The notes under the pieces: model-generated
Told to the model about the DNA's origin: nothing
The model's input: only the letters and a program-made list of their open reading frames with translations
The model's database searches: none
DNA from: a bacterium
Lineage (GTDB): Bacteria > SAR324 > NAC60-12
Length of the DNA: 64,000 nucleotides
Direction: 5' to 3'
NCBI GenBank assembly: GCA_965205865.1
Contig: CBDBHR010000003.1
Location: 61,781 to 125,780 of the forward strand
Shown: piece after piece, positions 9,838 through 20,304 of the stretch
Position numbering within the stretch: the first letter of the stretch is position 1
How the letters are laid out: each line of letters begins with the position of its first letter
Translations under genes and position numbers: made by a program

Positions 9838-11811
9838 ATGGACAAGCTCAGATTTTTATTAAAATACATACGTGCCCACAGCCTTTCTTTCAGTCTCGGC
9901 ATTGTCTTTGTTATCGCAACCAATTGGATTGCGGTCACCATTCCGGATTATGTCCGGCAGAGCATCGATTTGCTTGCTGTGGGATACCAGGTGACTCCCG
10001 CCTCTCTGACGCGCATCGAATCCGAGGTCGGTTCTCAAACCAGCATAACTGCTGAAGCTTTGCAGGGTTTGAAATCCTTGGAAAATCAATCATTTGAAGA
10101 TGAGGCGCGATTTGTAGAGATGCTGGTAAATACCATCGGAAAAAAGGAAACGGAGCTTTTCAAAGAAGTCATTCTCCGCAATACCTATCTCACGGACAAA
10201 CTGTCGAAAAACCAGGAATTGCTGCTGCAATATTTATTCATCATGCTCGGTTTGGCCTGCGCCATGATAATTGTGCGCACCCTTTCACGGACTCTATTTT
10301 TTACCCCGGGTCGCGCCATCGAATGTGAAGTGAAAAATGATTTGTTTGCCAAGTTAATGGAATTACAGAAAGATTTTCATGAGCAACACGCTTCCGGAAC
10401 CGTCATTTCCAGGCTCAACAACGACATCATGGGCCTGAGGATGATGTGTGGATTTGGCCTGATGCAAATTGTCAACATCCTTTCCGCCCTTTCCCTCACT
10501 CCTTACAAAATGTGGCAACTCTCCCCTCGCCTGACGCTTTATTGCATTATCCCCATTATTATTGTTTTCATAGTAGTGCGCTTCGGCATGCATTTTATGT
10601 TGATCAATATGCGCCAGCGGATGCAGAATTTGCAAGACCTCTCCGCGTTCACGGTTTCCTCTTTATCAGGGATTGACGTCATCAAGAGTTTTGAAATGCA
10701 CGACTGGTCGCGAGAAGAGTTTTCCAGAAAAAACCTATCCATGCGTCGGCGTTCCCTCAACCTTGCGCGTATTCGCTCTTTTTTCTTGTCCCTGCTCAGT
10801 AATATGGAGCATGCGCTTAAAATTCTCATTTTGTTGGTGGGGGGTACTTTTGTCATTAATGAACAATTCACTATTGGCGAGTTGACTGCTTTCATGACCT
10901 ATGCGGCCTTACTGACCATGCCGTTGATGGCGTTGGGATGGGTTTCCACAATGATCCAGCAGGGGATGGTCGGCATCGAGAGTCTGCAAACCGTGGCCCG
11001 GCAAAAGGCACGGCATATTGAGATTCCCGCCTTGCCTCACAAGGAAGCCGCCCATCTCTTTGACGATGGTTTGCTCGTACGAAATCTTCATTTTCGCTAC
11101 CCCAAACAAACAACAGACACATTGCGAGGGATTGATTTTCAAATTCTTCCCGGGCAAACAATTGGAATTTTGGGGCGCATTGGCTCTGGCAAAACGACTC
11201 TGGTCAATTGCCTTAACCGCTTCCTGGCGGCGGAAGACAGTCAAATCTTCCTTTCCGGAAAAGCGATCAATAGCCTCAGTCACTCCGATATCCGCCATTC
11301 GATTCGCACGGTCACCCAGGATCCTTTTTTGTTTTCCGACACGGTTGAGGAGAATATTCACTTTGGCAGTATTGAAAACCAAGAAGAGTCACCCATTGAT
11401 CTGGAAAACATTCTCTATGAATGCGCCCTGGAAGATGAAGTTCGCCGGTTTCCTCAACAGGAAAAAACGATGGTGGGAGAAAAAGGGATCATGCTTTCAG
11501 GAGGGCAAAAACAGCGTATCAGCCTGGCTCGGGCAATGATGGCCCCTTGTGATTTGCTCATTCTGGACAATGTGCTTTCGGCGGTCGACTCGGAAACCGA
11601 GAGTTTTCTCCTCAAACAGATTCTCCGTAAACAACATGCGCGTAGTTTGCTGATCGTCTCCCACCGTGCCAAAACTATGGAAAATGCCGATAGGATTCTC
11701 ATCTTGGAGGAGGGGAAAATTGTCGATCAAGGCGTACATGAGGAATTGATCGAACGTCCGGGATACTACCGGGAAACCTGGCTATTGCAAAATGAGACCA
11801 CCTGGGCATAG
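9838..11811 (+). CDS. ABC exporter, fused permease/ATPase (heterodimer subunit 1, degenerate Walker B)
   Basis: TM helices, Walker A GRIGSGKT, LSGGQKQR, LLILDN. Confidence 0.9.
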   Translation: MDKLRFLLKYIRAHSLSFSLGIVFVIATNWIAVTIPDYVRQSIDLLAVGYQVTPASLTRIESEVGSQTSITAEALQGLKSLENQSFEDEARFVEMLVNTIGKKETELFKEVILRNTYLTDKLSKNQELLLQYLFIMLGLACAMIIVRTLSRTLFFTPGRAIECEVKNDLFAKLMELQKDFHEQHASGTVISRLNNDIMGLRMMCGFGLMQIVNILSALSLTPYKMWQLSPRLTLYCIIPIIIVFIVVRFGMHFMLINMRQRMQNLQDLSAFTVSSLSGIDVIKSFEMHDWSREEFSRKNLSMRRRSLNLARIRSFFLSLLSNMEHALKILILLVGGTFVINEQFTIGELTAFMTYAALLTMPLMALGWVSTMIQQGMVGIESLQTVARQKARHIEIPALPHKEAAHLFDDGLLVRNLHFRYPKQTTDTLRGIDFQILPGQTIGILGRIGSGKTTLVNCLNRFLAAEDSQIFLSGKAINSLSHSDIRHSIRTVTQDPFLFSDTVEENIHFGSIENQEESPIDLENILYECALEDEVRRFPQQEKTMVGEKGIMLSGGQKQRISLARAMMAPCDLLILDNVLSAVDSETESFLLKQILRKQHARSLLIVSHRAKTMENADRILILEEGKIVDQGVHEELIERPGYYRETWLLQNETTWA

Positions 11812-11817
11812 GAGCAT

Positions 11818-13671
11818 ATGGATCGCCAAACAACCCCTGAAAAAACAATCCCCCTGGCTGAAGGCCCCCCTTCTGCAGAAACGGCGGAAAATCCGGAGGA
11901 GCCTGTCAAGCAAAGCAAGGACTGGTCATTATTGCTCCGATTTTTCGGCTATGTGCGCCCCTATTGGAAATGGGTGGCGCTCAGTCTGTGCGCCATTCCC
12001 TTTTCAGTGGGAGCCACCTTGATGCTGCCTTGGTTGATCATCCGTATTGTCGACGATTATCTGCTGGTGAGAAACTTGGAAGGATTGTATCTGTATATCC
12101 TGCTGCTTACGGTAACCGTCGTCTTGGGGTATTTGACGGACGCCCTGTACACCTATGCATTACAAAAAGCAGGGCAAATGGCCATTTCGGATATGCGGGA
12201 AGATCTCTACTCCCACATTCTCAAACTGCCTCGAACGTTTTACGACCACCGTCCCGTCGGAGTCTTGCTCACCCGTCTGACCACGGACATGGAAGCCTTG
12301 GGCGAATCCATGGCGATGGGGGTTCTTTCCATTATAACCGATTTCATCAAAACCATTGCCCTTTTTATCTTCCTTCTCTACCTCAGTTGGGAATTGACCT
12401 TGGTCATTCTGCTCATTCTACCTCCCATTTATTGGATTGCCAATTTATTACGAGGCAAGCTCCGTTATTATTACAACCTCACTCGCGAGATACTGGCGAC
12501 TTCGACAGGATTTTTGCAGGAGTGTCTCAACGGGGTGAAGACAGTGCAATTGTATGCGGCGGAAGAAAAAGTGATCAGGCGATATACCAGTAAAAATGAT
12601 GAATATCTGCGGGCACAAACCCGAACCAATTACTATGATTCATCATTGTACGCTATCATCGAAGGCATCACTTCCATCAGCCTGGGTTTGCTGATCTGGT
12701 ATGGCGCGCGACAGATCCTTGCCGGCACGACAACCGTGGGAGTATTGATTGGCTTCATCAATATCTTACACCGTATTTTTATTCCGATCCGCGAATTCAC
12801 CCAGCAAATATCGACCATCCAACGCGCATTATCCGCACTGGAGAATATCCATCTGCTTTTAGGTGAACCCCCGGAAGAATCCGAAACACTTGATGAAAAT
12901 CAGTTCAGTCGTTTGCGGAGTTTTGAAGAGTTGCGCTTCGAGAATGTCTATTTCCGCTACAGTGATCACAGTCCCTATATTTTGAAAGGCATTTCCTTCA
13001 CCCTCAAAAAGGGAGACAGGTTGGCTATAGTAGGCGCCACCGGGTCCGGAAAATCCACGATTGTGCGCCTCATCACGAGAGCTTATACCAATTACCAGGG
13101 TTCTGTGAAAATCAATGGAGTCGAATTGTCTGATATTCCACGAAAGCACTTGCTTAAACTGGTTGCGATGATGCAACAAGACGTCTATCTTTTCAATGAA
13201 AGCCTGACTTTTAATATCGGACTCAACCGAGTTGGAATCACGCCTGCATCCATCCAACAAGCCGCGGAATATGTCTATGCCCATTCCTTTATCGAGAAAT
13301 TGCCGGCAGGGTACGAGTTTCAGATTTTGGAAAATGGCAAAAACCTTTCGGCAGGCCAGGCGCAATTGATCTCCTTTTCCAGGGCAATCGCCGGGAACAG
13401 TGAAATGATGATCCTGGATGAAGCCACGAGTTCAGTGGACTCCGTGACAGAAGATTTCATCCAAAAAGCCACGCAGAAAGTATTTCTCGAAAAAACAGTC
13501 ATTGCCATTGCCCATCGGCTCAGCACCATCCGTCATTCCGACATGATTCTCGTGCTTCAGGAAGGACAGATCGTGGAAAGAGGCAGCCATCAGGAACTGA
13601 TTTTTCAGGATGGCATTTATGCTAACTTGATCTACGCTCTCCTCGACAGTTTCCTGGATTCAAGGCAATGA
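11818..13671 (+). CDS. ABC exporter, fused permease/ATPase (heterodimer subunit 2)
   Basis: GATGSGKS, LSAGQAQL, ILDEATSSVD, IAHRLST; starts 6 bp after its partner with an AGGAG RBS. Confidence 0.92.
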   Translation: MDRQTTPEKTIPLAEGPPSAETAENPEEPVKQSKDWSLLLRFFGYVRPYWKWVALSLCAIPFSVGATLMLPWLIIRIVDDYLLVRNLEGLYLYILLLTVTVVLGYLTDALYTYALQKAGQMAISDMREDLYSHILKLPRTFYDHRPVGVLLTRLTTDMEALGESMAMGVLSIITDFIKTIALFIFLLYLSWELTLVILLILPPIYWIANLLRGKLRYYYNLTREILATSTGFLQECLNGVKTVQLYAAEEKVIRRYTSKNDEYLRAQTRTNYYDSSLYAIIEGITSISLGLLIWYGARQILAGTTTVGVLIGFINILHRIFIPIREFTQQISTIQRALSALENIHLLLGEPPEESETLDENQFSRLRSFEELRFENVYFRYSDHSPYILKGISFTLKKGDRLAIVGATGSGKSTIVRLITRAYTNYQGSVKINGVELSDIPRKHLLKLVAMMQQDVYLFNESLTFNIGLNRVGITPASIQQAAEYVYAHSFIEKLPAGYEFQILENGKNLSAGQAQLISFSRAIAGNSEMMILDEATSSVDSVTEDFIQKATQKVFLEKTVIAIAHRLSTIRHSDMILVLQEGQIVERGSHQELIFQDGIYANLIYALLDSFLDSRQ

Positions 13672-13777
13672 TCACTCAGAATGGCATTTACGCCAAACTG
13701 GTCAAGGGTCTGGAAGAAACCACGGCAACCGAACCCACTCGGGCGCGAGTGCAAGTGCTTCGATGGCGTTTTCGGGA

Positions 13778-14119
13778 TTATTTCGGATATAGAATGGCGT
13801 GCCTGACCACTTTCTTCAATGCCGCCACGGGAAGAGGGTCGCCGGGTTTGAAATTGATACAACCTTTTCCAGTTTTGATATTCGGGTATTTTTCCTTGAA
13901 TTCGGCGATATGAGGCGCGCCGCAGGTGTATAAAGAGACATAACTCTTTTGATTGGCCACGCATACCCAACTATCCCGCGCTTTGTATGTTGGCATCTTG
14001 TAGGACATGTCCACTTCGGCATCGGGATACAACCCTATGATCAGTTCGTGCAACTTCATCACAAGCCCTTTCCGCTCTTCCGGAATGCTGTCAAAATAAA
14101 TTTTTACGGCTTCGTCCAT
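13778..14119 (-). CDS. DUF1801 (YdhG-like) protein
   Basis: MSYKMPTY...ANQKSYVSLY...KTGKGCINF; AGGAG RBS before ATG 14119. Confidence 0.8.
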   Translation of the reverse strand: MDEAVKIYFDSIPEERKGLVMKLHELIIGLYPDAEVDMSYKMPTYKARDSWVCVANQKSYVSLYTCGAPHIAEFKEKYPNIKTGKGCINFKPGDPLPVAALKKVVRHAILYPK

Positions 14120-14190
14120 TGTTCTCCTTTCTTTGTACTGGTCGGAGGATCGAATTTCATTTAGGGAGAAGCCTGTGATTTCCCTGCTTT

Positions 14191-14766
14191 TCATGATCCC
14201 CACATCAGGAATGCAAAGGCAATATTCCCCAAATAAAGCAAAGCCAGAGTGGAAACGGCCATACGCCCTTTCATTGTCGGATAGCGCCACACCAGCAGGA
14301 TGCTGCACACCACCACGAGCGCAATCTCGATGGGGAGAAAAATTGTACCAAAATGCTGAGGATCCCAATATGAAAATGGGCTTTTAAATCGCCAGTCGGA
14401 CAAAGGGAACAAATGCCGGTGCGCATCGTCATGATGCAAAGGAAAATCCAGCATGACATGCAAGAGCATGCCCCCAAAAAATAATTGTAATCCTTTATAT
14501 TTTTTAAAATGCGCCAACCCCAGTCCCAGCAGGATCAGTGGAAGAGAATTGAAGAAATCAATGATATTCTGCCACTTGGGATCATAGTAAGATACCGACC
14601 ATATCAAATGTTCCTGAGTTTGACGGATCATTTTTTCCACGAAATAAAAATAGAACATGGGAAGATCCGGAATAAATGAGCCTGCCACGATGAGCCAAGA
14701 GTTTCGGGTGCTTGGATTGCGATCCAATACAATTAGATTAGCCACAATGTGAGCAGGAGTGTTCAT
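14191..14766 (-). CDS. putative membrane-bound metal-dependent hydrolase
   Basis: MNTPAH start, GSFIPD, LHVMLDFPLHHDDAHRH, SPFSYWDP, several TM segments. Confidence 0.65.
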   Translation of the reverse strand: MNTPAHIVANLIVLDRNPSTRNSWLIVAGSFIPDLPMFYFYFVEKMIRQTQEHLIWSVSYYDPKWQNIIDFFNSLPLILLGLGLAHFKKYKGLQLFFGGMLLHVMLDFPLHHDDAHRHLFPLSDWRFKSPFSYWDPQHFGTIFLPIEIALVVVCSILLVWRYPTMKGRMAVSTLALLYLGNIAFAFLMWGS

Positions 14767-14861
14767 TTCGACGACCGGCGGTTCCGCATTGCTGCTTTGA
14801 AAGATTCAGGATACTTTTTCATCGAACAGTGAGGGAAAGAACCAATGAATTGGTTAAAGTA

Positions 14862-15019
14862 ACCTGAGTTTAAGATAAGAATTTAATAAATTCAATATGT
14901 TATGGAATCTTCATGTCTTAGAGAAACCTTGATAGGGGTCAGGAAGGCCATTGCCTCCCTGACCCCTATCATATACACTAGGATACTCATATTATTGAAG
15001 ATTTATGTCGAACTCAGGT
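14862..15019. mobile_element. MITE copy 1 (IS982-like termini)
   Basis: Termini ACCTGAGTT...AACTCAGGT, 7-bp direct repeat TAAAGTA on both flanks, arms shared with the copies at 19643 and 26514. Confidence 0.85.
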
Positions 15020-15048
15020 TAAAGTAAGTTTTTCTCCGGGAACAAAAG

Positions 15049-15804
15049 CTATCTGAAGTATTCGGCTGCGTCCTGCGCCTCAAATCCCAGTATTTCTTTT
15101 GCGCGACTCATATCCCGGTAGCCCCATTTGTTTTTCGAAATCACGTAGAAAACGTCGTATTTGATGGTCTTTGGGGCAGTAATACATGCTTCAATCATCT
15201 CGACAATATCCCGGTGACTGCACCAGACTGAGAAACCTCGGGAATTCAAGGGCTTGTTCGCTGCATTGACCATCCCAATACGCAGACTGATGACGGATAA
15301 ATCCCTCATATCGGCAAAATGGCGACCCAGCGCTTCTCCCCAGATTTTGGTTGCGCCATAAACACCATTTGGTCTGGATGGTGTTTGGCGGTCGAATTGT
15401 GGCCAAATTTCCGGTGCTTTCTCGTATCGCCCTTCGACAATGGCTTTGAGGGGTTCATCTTTTTCCCACCCGGAAGTGGTGGCTCCACTGCTGGCAAAAA
15501 TGACTCGCTGGACCCCGGCTTTAAGTGCTGCCAGAAAAACATTGTAGGTGCCGATGATGTTTGTCTCGAGATACTCTTGCCATATAAAATTATTTCCGGA
15601 TTTAGCTGCAAGATGGACCACAACGTCCTGCCCTTCAAAAGCCGGTCGTATTGCTTCCAAATCAAACAAATCGGCTTGAATACATTTTTCTCCCGGTACT
15701 GCACTTCGATTGAGACCGGTGAGTTCGTATTTACCTTGTAAATGTTGGCGGACCAGCCCCCCGATCAGACCACTCATTCCCGTGATCAAAACTTTTTTTA
15801 TCAT
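15049..15804 (-). CDS. NAD-dependent epimerase/dehydratase (uronate-dehydrogenase-like)
   Basis: VLITGMSGLIG, VVHLAA, VIFASS, YGATK, SLRIG. Confidence 0.88.
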   Translation of the reverse strand: MIKKVLITGMSGLIGGLVRQHLQGKYELTGLNRSAVPGEKCIQADLFDLEAIRPAFEGQDVVVHLAAKSGNNFIWQEYLETNIIGTYNVFLAALKAGVQRVIFASSGATTSGWEKDEPLKAIVEGRYEKAPEIWPQFDRQTPSRPNGVYGATKIWGEALGRHFADMRDLSVISLRIGMVNAANKPLNSRGFSVWCSHRDIVEMIEACITAPKTIKYDVFYVISKNKWGYRDMSRAKEILGFEAQDAAEYFR

Positions 15805-15925
15805 ATTGGACCTTCCATTGATTTTTGTTGCGGATTTTGTTACGACGTTTCTCACCCCGATATTTGTCCCGATATACGTTTGGAATGTCAAGAGTCGCTC
15901 CAGCGAGGTTTTATCGATATACGAA

Positions 15926-16837
15926 TCAGTGGAACGCGCTCAACACTTTCTCGTCCAATTCTTTGTAGATTTCCGGTTTGTTGGGAATTGAATGTAACTT
16001 GAATTCGTCAACTCCGACTTCGATGAAGTCCTGTGCGCGATCAATCACGTACTGGGGAGGACCGATCATTTTCCAATCGTCACCACTGCGAAGTTCCGCG
16101 GCCTTCTGCTCGTCGTATTCGATTCGTATGGGTACGTGGACCGTTCTGCGAATCTCTCCCGGATCCCGGCCGACGGCTTTACAATGTCGTTCCAGGACGC
16201 CACTCAATCGAGTTACCTCTTGCGGCGCGCACATCACGTTCATGATATCGCCATACATGGCAAGCGTGCGCAGGGTGCGTTTCTCTCCCATACCGCCTAC
16301 CATAATCGGCGGATTTGGTTGCTGTAAGCATTTAGGCTCAAAAGGCGCCTGATATAGCTTGTAGTATTTGCCTTCAAAGTCAACCAGGTCTTTTGCGGCA
16401 AAGAGAATCTTCATTAACTTGCAGGCCTCCTCGAGACGGTCACTACGTTCCTTGAGTGAGGGAAAATCCCAACCGTAAGCCTGGTGTTCACGCACGTTCC
16501 ATGCCGCCCCGATACCAATCACCAGGCGTCCGTTTGAGATGTGGTCGACGGTGGCAGCCATTTTAGCGGTGAGCGACGGGTTACGATAGGTGTTTCCTGC
16601 CACCAGCAAGCCCATACGCAAACGCTTGGTCACCGCAGCGGCGGCACAGAGCAACGACCATCCTTCGAAGGTCGGAATCCTATCATGTTCCATTACCTCG
16701 TCAGTTGGGCTTAGTGGTGGAATGAAGTGATCATAAAACCAAACACTGTGCCAACGCGTGACCTCCATAACCTCGAGAACGGCCTTGATGTCTCGCCAAC
16801 TTGTTGCTTGGTTGTGTAACTGGGCTCCAAATTTCAT
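15926..16837 (-). CDS. LLM-class (probably F420-dependent) oxidoreductase
   Basis: WFYDHF, FEGWSLL, GNTYRNP, AKMAATVDHISNGRL, GIGAAW, MVGGMGEKRTL. Confidence 0.9.
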   Translation of the reverse strand: MKFGAQLHNQATSWRDIKAVLEVMEVTRWHSVWFYDHFIPPLSPTDEVMEHDRIPTFEGWSLLCAAAAVTKRLRMGLLVAGNTYRNPSLTAKMAATVDHISNGRLVIGIGAAWNVREHQAYGWDFPSLKERSDRLEEACKLMKILFAAKDLVDFEGKYYKLYQAPFEPKCLQQPNPPIMVGGMGEKRTLRTLAMYGDIMNVMCAPQEVTRLSGVLERHCKAVGRDPGEIRRTVHVPIRIEYDEQKAAELRSGDDWKMIGPPQYVIDRAQDFIEVGVDEFKLHSIPNKPEIYKELDEKVLSAFH

Positions 16838-17341
16838 ATATTCTCCATTCACTTCTTGTATTCGTTTACACTGCAACATTGCAGGTTGATTTCCACGAAA
16901 AAATTCGTGAAGACGACGCTTTTAAAACCTGTTTTAAAATACCGGAATGAGAGAAAAACGTTTTCTCTCCTTGGCAAAGAGGGGTTAAGGGAGGTCCAAA
17001 TTGGTAAAAACCCCACCTGACATCCTCTTAACAAGGGAAGGAATTGTATTTTTAAACAGGCTCTTGATTTACTGGACTTTGGACATTCGAGTAAATTTTC
17101 AGGAAGAAATTCAGACAATCATTCTTTACGGTAGAGTTTCCAAAACAAGCATGCATACAGGAGTTGGCCATGGTTTTTCTTCCCAATGAATTTATAATCA
17201 ATTTAGAGTCATTTAGACAGCTTTTTTTTCTAACAATGTTGAGATCGACGCTCTCGAATCGGCGAAGGCCGCCGGCTGCTCCACCGGGAGAACCCTGCTG
17301 CGCTATATTCTGCCCAATGTGACCGCCCCATCCTCTTACGC

Positions 17342-17464
17342 CGGGAAGACAAGTTCCCTCTCGACAAATTGGTGACCACACGCTACAAACTGGAGCGGGC
17401 TAACGACGCTTGTGACGAGTTGCAAACCGGTGAGATTCTTGGTCGCGCGATCATTGAGTTCTAA
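17342..17464 (+). pseudogene. C-terminal remnant of a Zn-dependent alcohol dehydrogenase
   Basis: Reads ...KFPLDKLVTTRYKLERANDACDELQTGEILGRAIIEF* with no upstream gene body. Confidence 0.65.
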
Positions 17465-17609
17465 CAGCATCGATTCTTTCGAGCTTGGCGAGGGCCTTCG
17501 TCTTCCGCTGACCTCAATGGAAGAAATACAATTGGAAAATTTCTTGACCGGTCACAAGACAATCAGGCAACTTCTCGTTTAAGACTGATTGAGAGAGGAG
17601 AGCTCCGTT

Positions 17610-18551
17610 TCAACTTTTTAACTCACCCAATCCATACTGACCGCGAGCAACAAATTCGCCTTTGGGCGCATCAATGCTGCCATAGCCATACCAGGGTTTG
17701 AATCCAATCAAAGCCAACAGTTCTTCTGAGGCGTCTGTCAACACTTCAGGGGAGGTGCCCAGTAAAAAATTCTCCTGTTGCCGGAATTGCGGGGCGCAGA
17801 AATTGATCGTCAGACCGATGCGCGTTTGATTGCTATGATTGGCACCGGTCGAATGCCAGGTGCGCCCTTCAAAAATCACAACGGATCCGGCGGGAGCTAC
17901 CGTCGGGATCCAATTAGCCTGCGCATCGAGTTCGGGGTCCGGTTGACGACCGTTCAGATGGCTGCCGGGAACGACAATGGTGGCTCCATTGTCTTCCCGA
18001 AAATCATCCAGAGTCCACATCGAGTTGCAGACAAAAGCGGGAGCAAAGGCAGGCAAGTTCACGGTGGCCTCCCCCCCTACATGATGCCCCCGATGCCCCT
18101 CACGCGTTATGGAACCCGGCTTTATCAGCGTCTCTTTCCGGCTATTTGTCGGGGGTGGCATCCACCATTGATCCGTATGAAATATCTCCGTGCCCCCCGG
18201 GTGAGCAATATGACCCACATAGGAACTGAGTAAATATACGGAACCCAGCACATGATTGATCATCTTTCTTACTTCGGGATGGAACAACAAGTCGCGAAAC
18301 CCTTGCCCTTTGTTGATTAAAAAAAAGACGATTTGCTTCTTGTCCTGCCCCATCGTAGAGAATCCCTGCTGCGTTTCCGCTTCGACTTGTTCCAACAGTC
18401 GCGTACGCAATGCTGCGGCCTCCTCTGCGCTGATGGCATTGGCCAGGATGCAGTAGCCAAATTCGTCCATATGGGCTTTAGCAAATCTGAGATCTGTGGT
18501 GGGTCGAGGATAGTCTTGGTTTGTAGTTATCATGGAAGTCATTTTGTCCAT
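17610..18551 (-). CDS. phytanoyl-CoA dioxygenase (PhyH) family protein
   Basis: GYCIL, FHTDQ (HxD), NGATIVVPGSH, FEGRTWHSTG, QFRQQEN. Confidence 0.88.
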   Translation of the reverse strand: MDKMTSMITTNQDYPRPTTDLRFAKAHMDEFGYCILANAISAEEAAALRTRLLEQVEAETQQGFSTMGQDKKQIVFFLINKGQGFRDLLFHPEVRKMINHVLGSVYLLSSYVGHIAHPGGTEIFHTDQWWMPPPTNSRKETLIKPGSITREGHRGHHVGGEATVNLPAFAPAFVCNSMWTLDDFREDNGATIVVPGSHLNGRQPDPELDAQANWIPTVAPAGSVVIFEGRTWHSTGANHSNQTRIGLTINFCAPQFRQQENFLLGTSPEVLTDASEELLALIGFKPWYGYGSIDAPKGEFVARGQYGLGELKS

Positions 18552-18738
18552 TTTTGTTTTAAAACATAATTGAAATGGTTCGATACCTTGTCACTCATTC
18601 AATAATGAGTCGTCCCGAGTATATGCGATAAATCTTGTAAAATCAATCATTTCAATCACACAAGATTTCTCCTTCCGCTAAAAATGACAAAGGGAGGTGG
18701 CAATTGACATGAAATGGAAAAAGTCCACTTATTGCTCT

Positions 18739-18746
18739 GTTGGATT
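18739..18746 (+). other. candidate cassette left boundary / attI-like core site (GTTGGATT)
   Basis: Exact reverse complement of the R'' box AATCCAAC of the reconstructed attC1. Confidence 0.5.
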
Positions 18747-18772
18747 CAAGAAAAAACAACGCGGAAAGAAAA

Positions 18773-19452
18773 CCCCAAGGGGGTAAAACAATACAGAGCC
18801 TGGGGTCAGTGAGCTTGCGAGCACCACCCCAGGATAGAAAAAACACATTTCACGAACTCTGAAGGAGTTCCACAACTTCGTATTTGGCAATGCCTCAAGC
18901 GTTATCAAAGATCTATGTTCATATTATTTTTTCAACTAAAGACCGCTTTGCGTTTTTAACAGAGATGGATATACGTCAGAAACTTTATGGTTATTTGACT
19001 GGAACGCTGAAACAAATGGGAAGTGACGTTTATATTGTTGGAGGAACCGCTGATCATACGCATATTCTTTGTACACTTCCCAAAAATGAGGCAGTACCAA
19101 AGTTCATTGGTGAAATGAAACGTTCTTCCTCCAAATGGATCAAACCCAAAGGAGGAATATATACCAAGTTTGCCTGGCAAAGGGGCTATGGAGCCTTTTC
19201 AATCAGTCAGTCAGACCTACAGCGTGTCTATGAATACATCCTCAATCAGGAAGAGCATCATCGTAAAATGAGCTTTCAAGAGGAGTTCAGGAAATTTTTG
19301 GAACGATACGAAGTGGAGTTTGATGAACGATATGTTTGGGACTGATTTTGTTGAACGTCTTCAGCGTTCTTATGGCTGGAGGAACCATATCCTGGGGTGG
19401 CGTGACTTTCAGCCACTGACCCCAGGCTGGGTATTGTTAATCCCCTTTGGGG
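18773..19452. mobile_element. REP-flanked HUH (Y1) transposase element
   Basis: Long imperfect inverted arms: CCCCAAGGGGGTAAAACAATACAGAGCCTGGGGTCAGTG on the left, CACTGACCCCAGGCTGGGTATTGTTAATCCCCTTTGGGG on the right, plus inner hairpins at about 18853-18875 and 19348-19369. Confidence 0.75.
18890..19345 (+). CDS. tnpA: IS200/IS605-family (RAYT-like) tyrosine transposase
   Basis: YVHIIFSTK, HUH motif DHTHIL, FAWQRGYGAFS, catalytic Tyr in YILNQEEHH, FDERYVWD. Confidence 0.93.
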   Translation: MPQALSKIYVHIIFSTKDRFAFLTEMDIRQKLYGYLTGTLKQMGSDVYIVGGTADHTHILCTLPKNEAVPKFIGEMKRSSSKWIKPKGGIYTKFAWQRGYGAFSISQSDLQRVYEYILNQEEHHRKMSFQEEFRKFLERYEVEFDERYVWD

Positions 19453-19642
19453 AAAAGCAAACAGAGAAATACGAAATTCACCAAAATCCAATCGGGATAG
19501 GAAGGGGTTTTTCTCCCCTCCCTCCCACCACCCCGCATACGGGTCCGTACGGGGCGATTCCCAAAGAGTGTCGGGCCGTAGCCGGACCAGATTCGCAACT
19601 ACAAACCTGTACGTTTATTCGTCCCACAACGCACCTATTTTA

Positions 19643-19880
19643 ACCTGAGTTCGAGATAAGAATTTAATAAATTCAATATGTTATGGAATCTTCATATCTT
19701 AGAGAAACCTTGTCATTCCTGCAAAGCTTGTCCCTGCGAAAGCAGGGAGCAGGAATCCAGAGATATGTAGTCAGACTGAAATCCGGATCCCCGCTCCCCG
19801 CTTTTGCGAGGACAAGTTTCGCGAGGATGACATATAAACCAGGATACTCATATTATTGAAGATTTATGTCGAACTCAGGT
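19643..19880. mobile_element. MITE copy 2 carrying a GTCAT...ATGAC REP-like hairpin
   Basis: Termini ACCTGAGTTCGA / TCGAACTCAGGT, 7-bp direct repeat TATTTTA. Confidence 0.88.
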
Positions 19881-20304
19881 TATTTTAATCATCTCCACCG
19901 GTCGGCTTCATCGATGTACAGAGCTTATGGGATAGAGCGTTCTCTTGGGTTCGGGCCTTCACTCTCAAGGAGCTACTATGCCCTCGGCTGAATTCTGACC
20001 GCCCTTCGTTGCCGATTACTCGACACCGCGCTACCTGAGACAAACGAGAAGAAGGAGAGTGATGCGCAAGAGAGGAATAAACCGACCGCATCACGATCAG
20101 ATCTCCCCGGCTAAGAGCATGAACTTTCCTTACGCAATCGCGGCATTTACCATCCTCCTTAATCCGAGTGGACATCGCGATGTTGCGCATGCTCGCCCCG
20201 AAGTTCAGCCTTATATGCTGTTTCTGTCCGTCGACTCGTAGGTTTGCGCTCAGGCTTCCTCCGCACGGCTCGTCACCTCCCCGCACTTGCCCTCGGCCAG
20301 TACT

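Noticed and set aside
18585-18700. Remnant of intI next to the attI-like site
   Set aside because: Only a short minus-strand ORF (MIDFTRFIAY...) after an AAGGAG; no tyrosine recombinase motif to support the call.
19630-19634. GTGCG on the minus strand as the 5' end of a 144-nt mini-intron
   Set aside because: Intron domains continue beyond the MITE, and the end at 22134 rebuilds the attC exactly.
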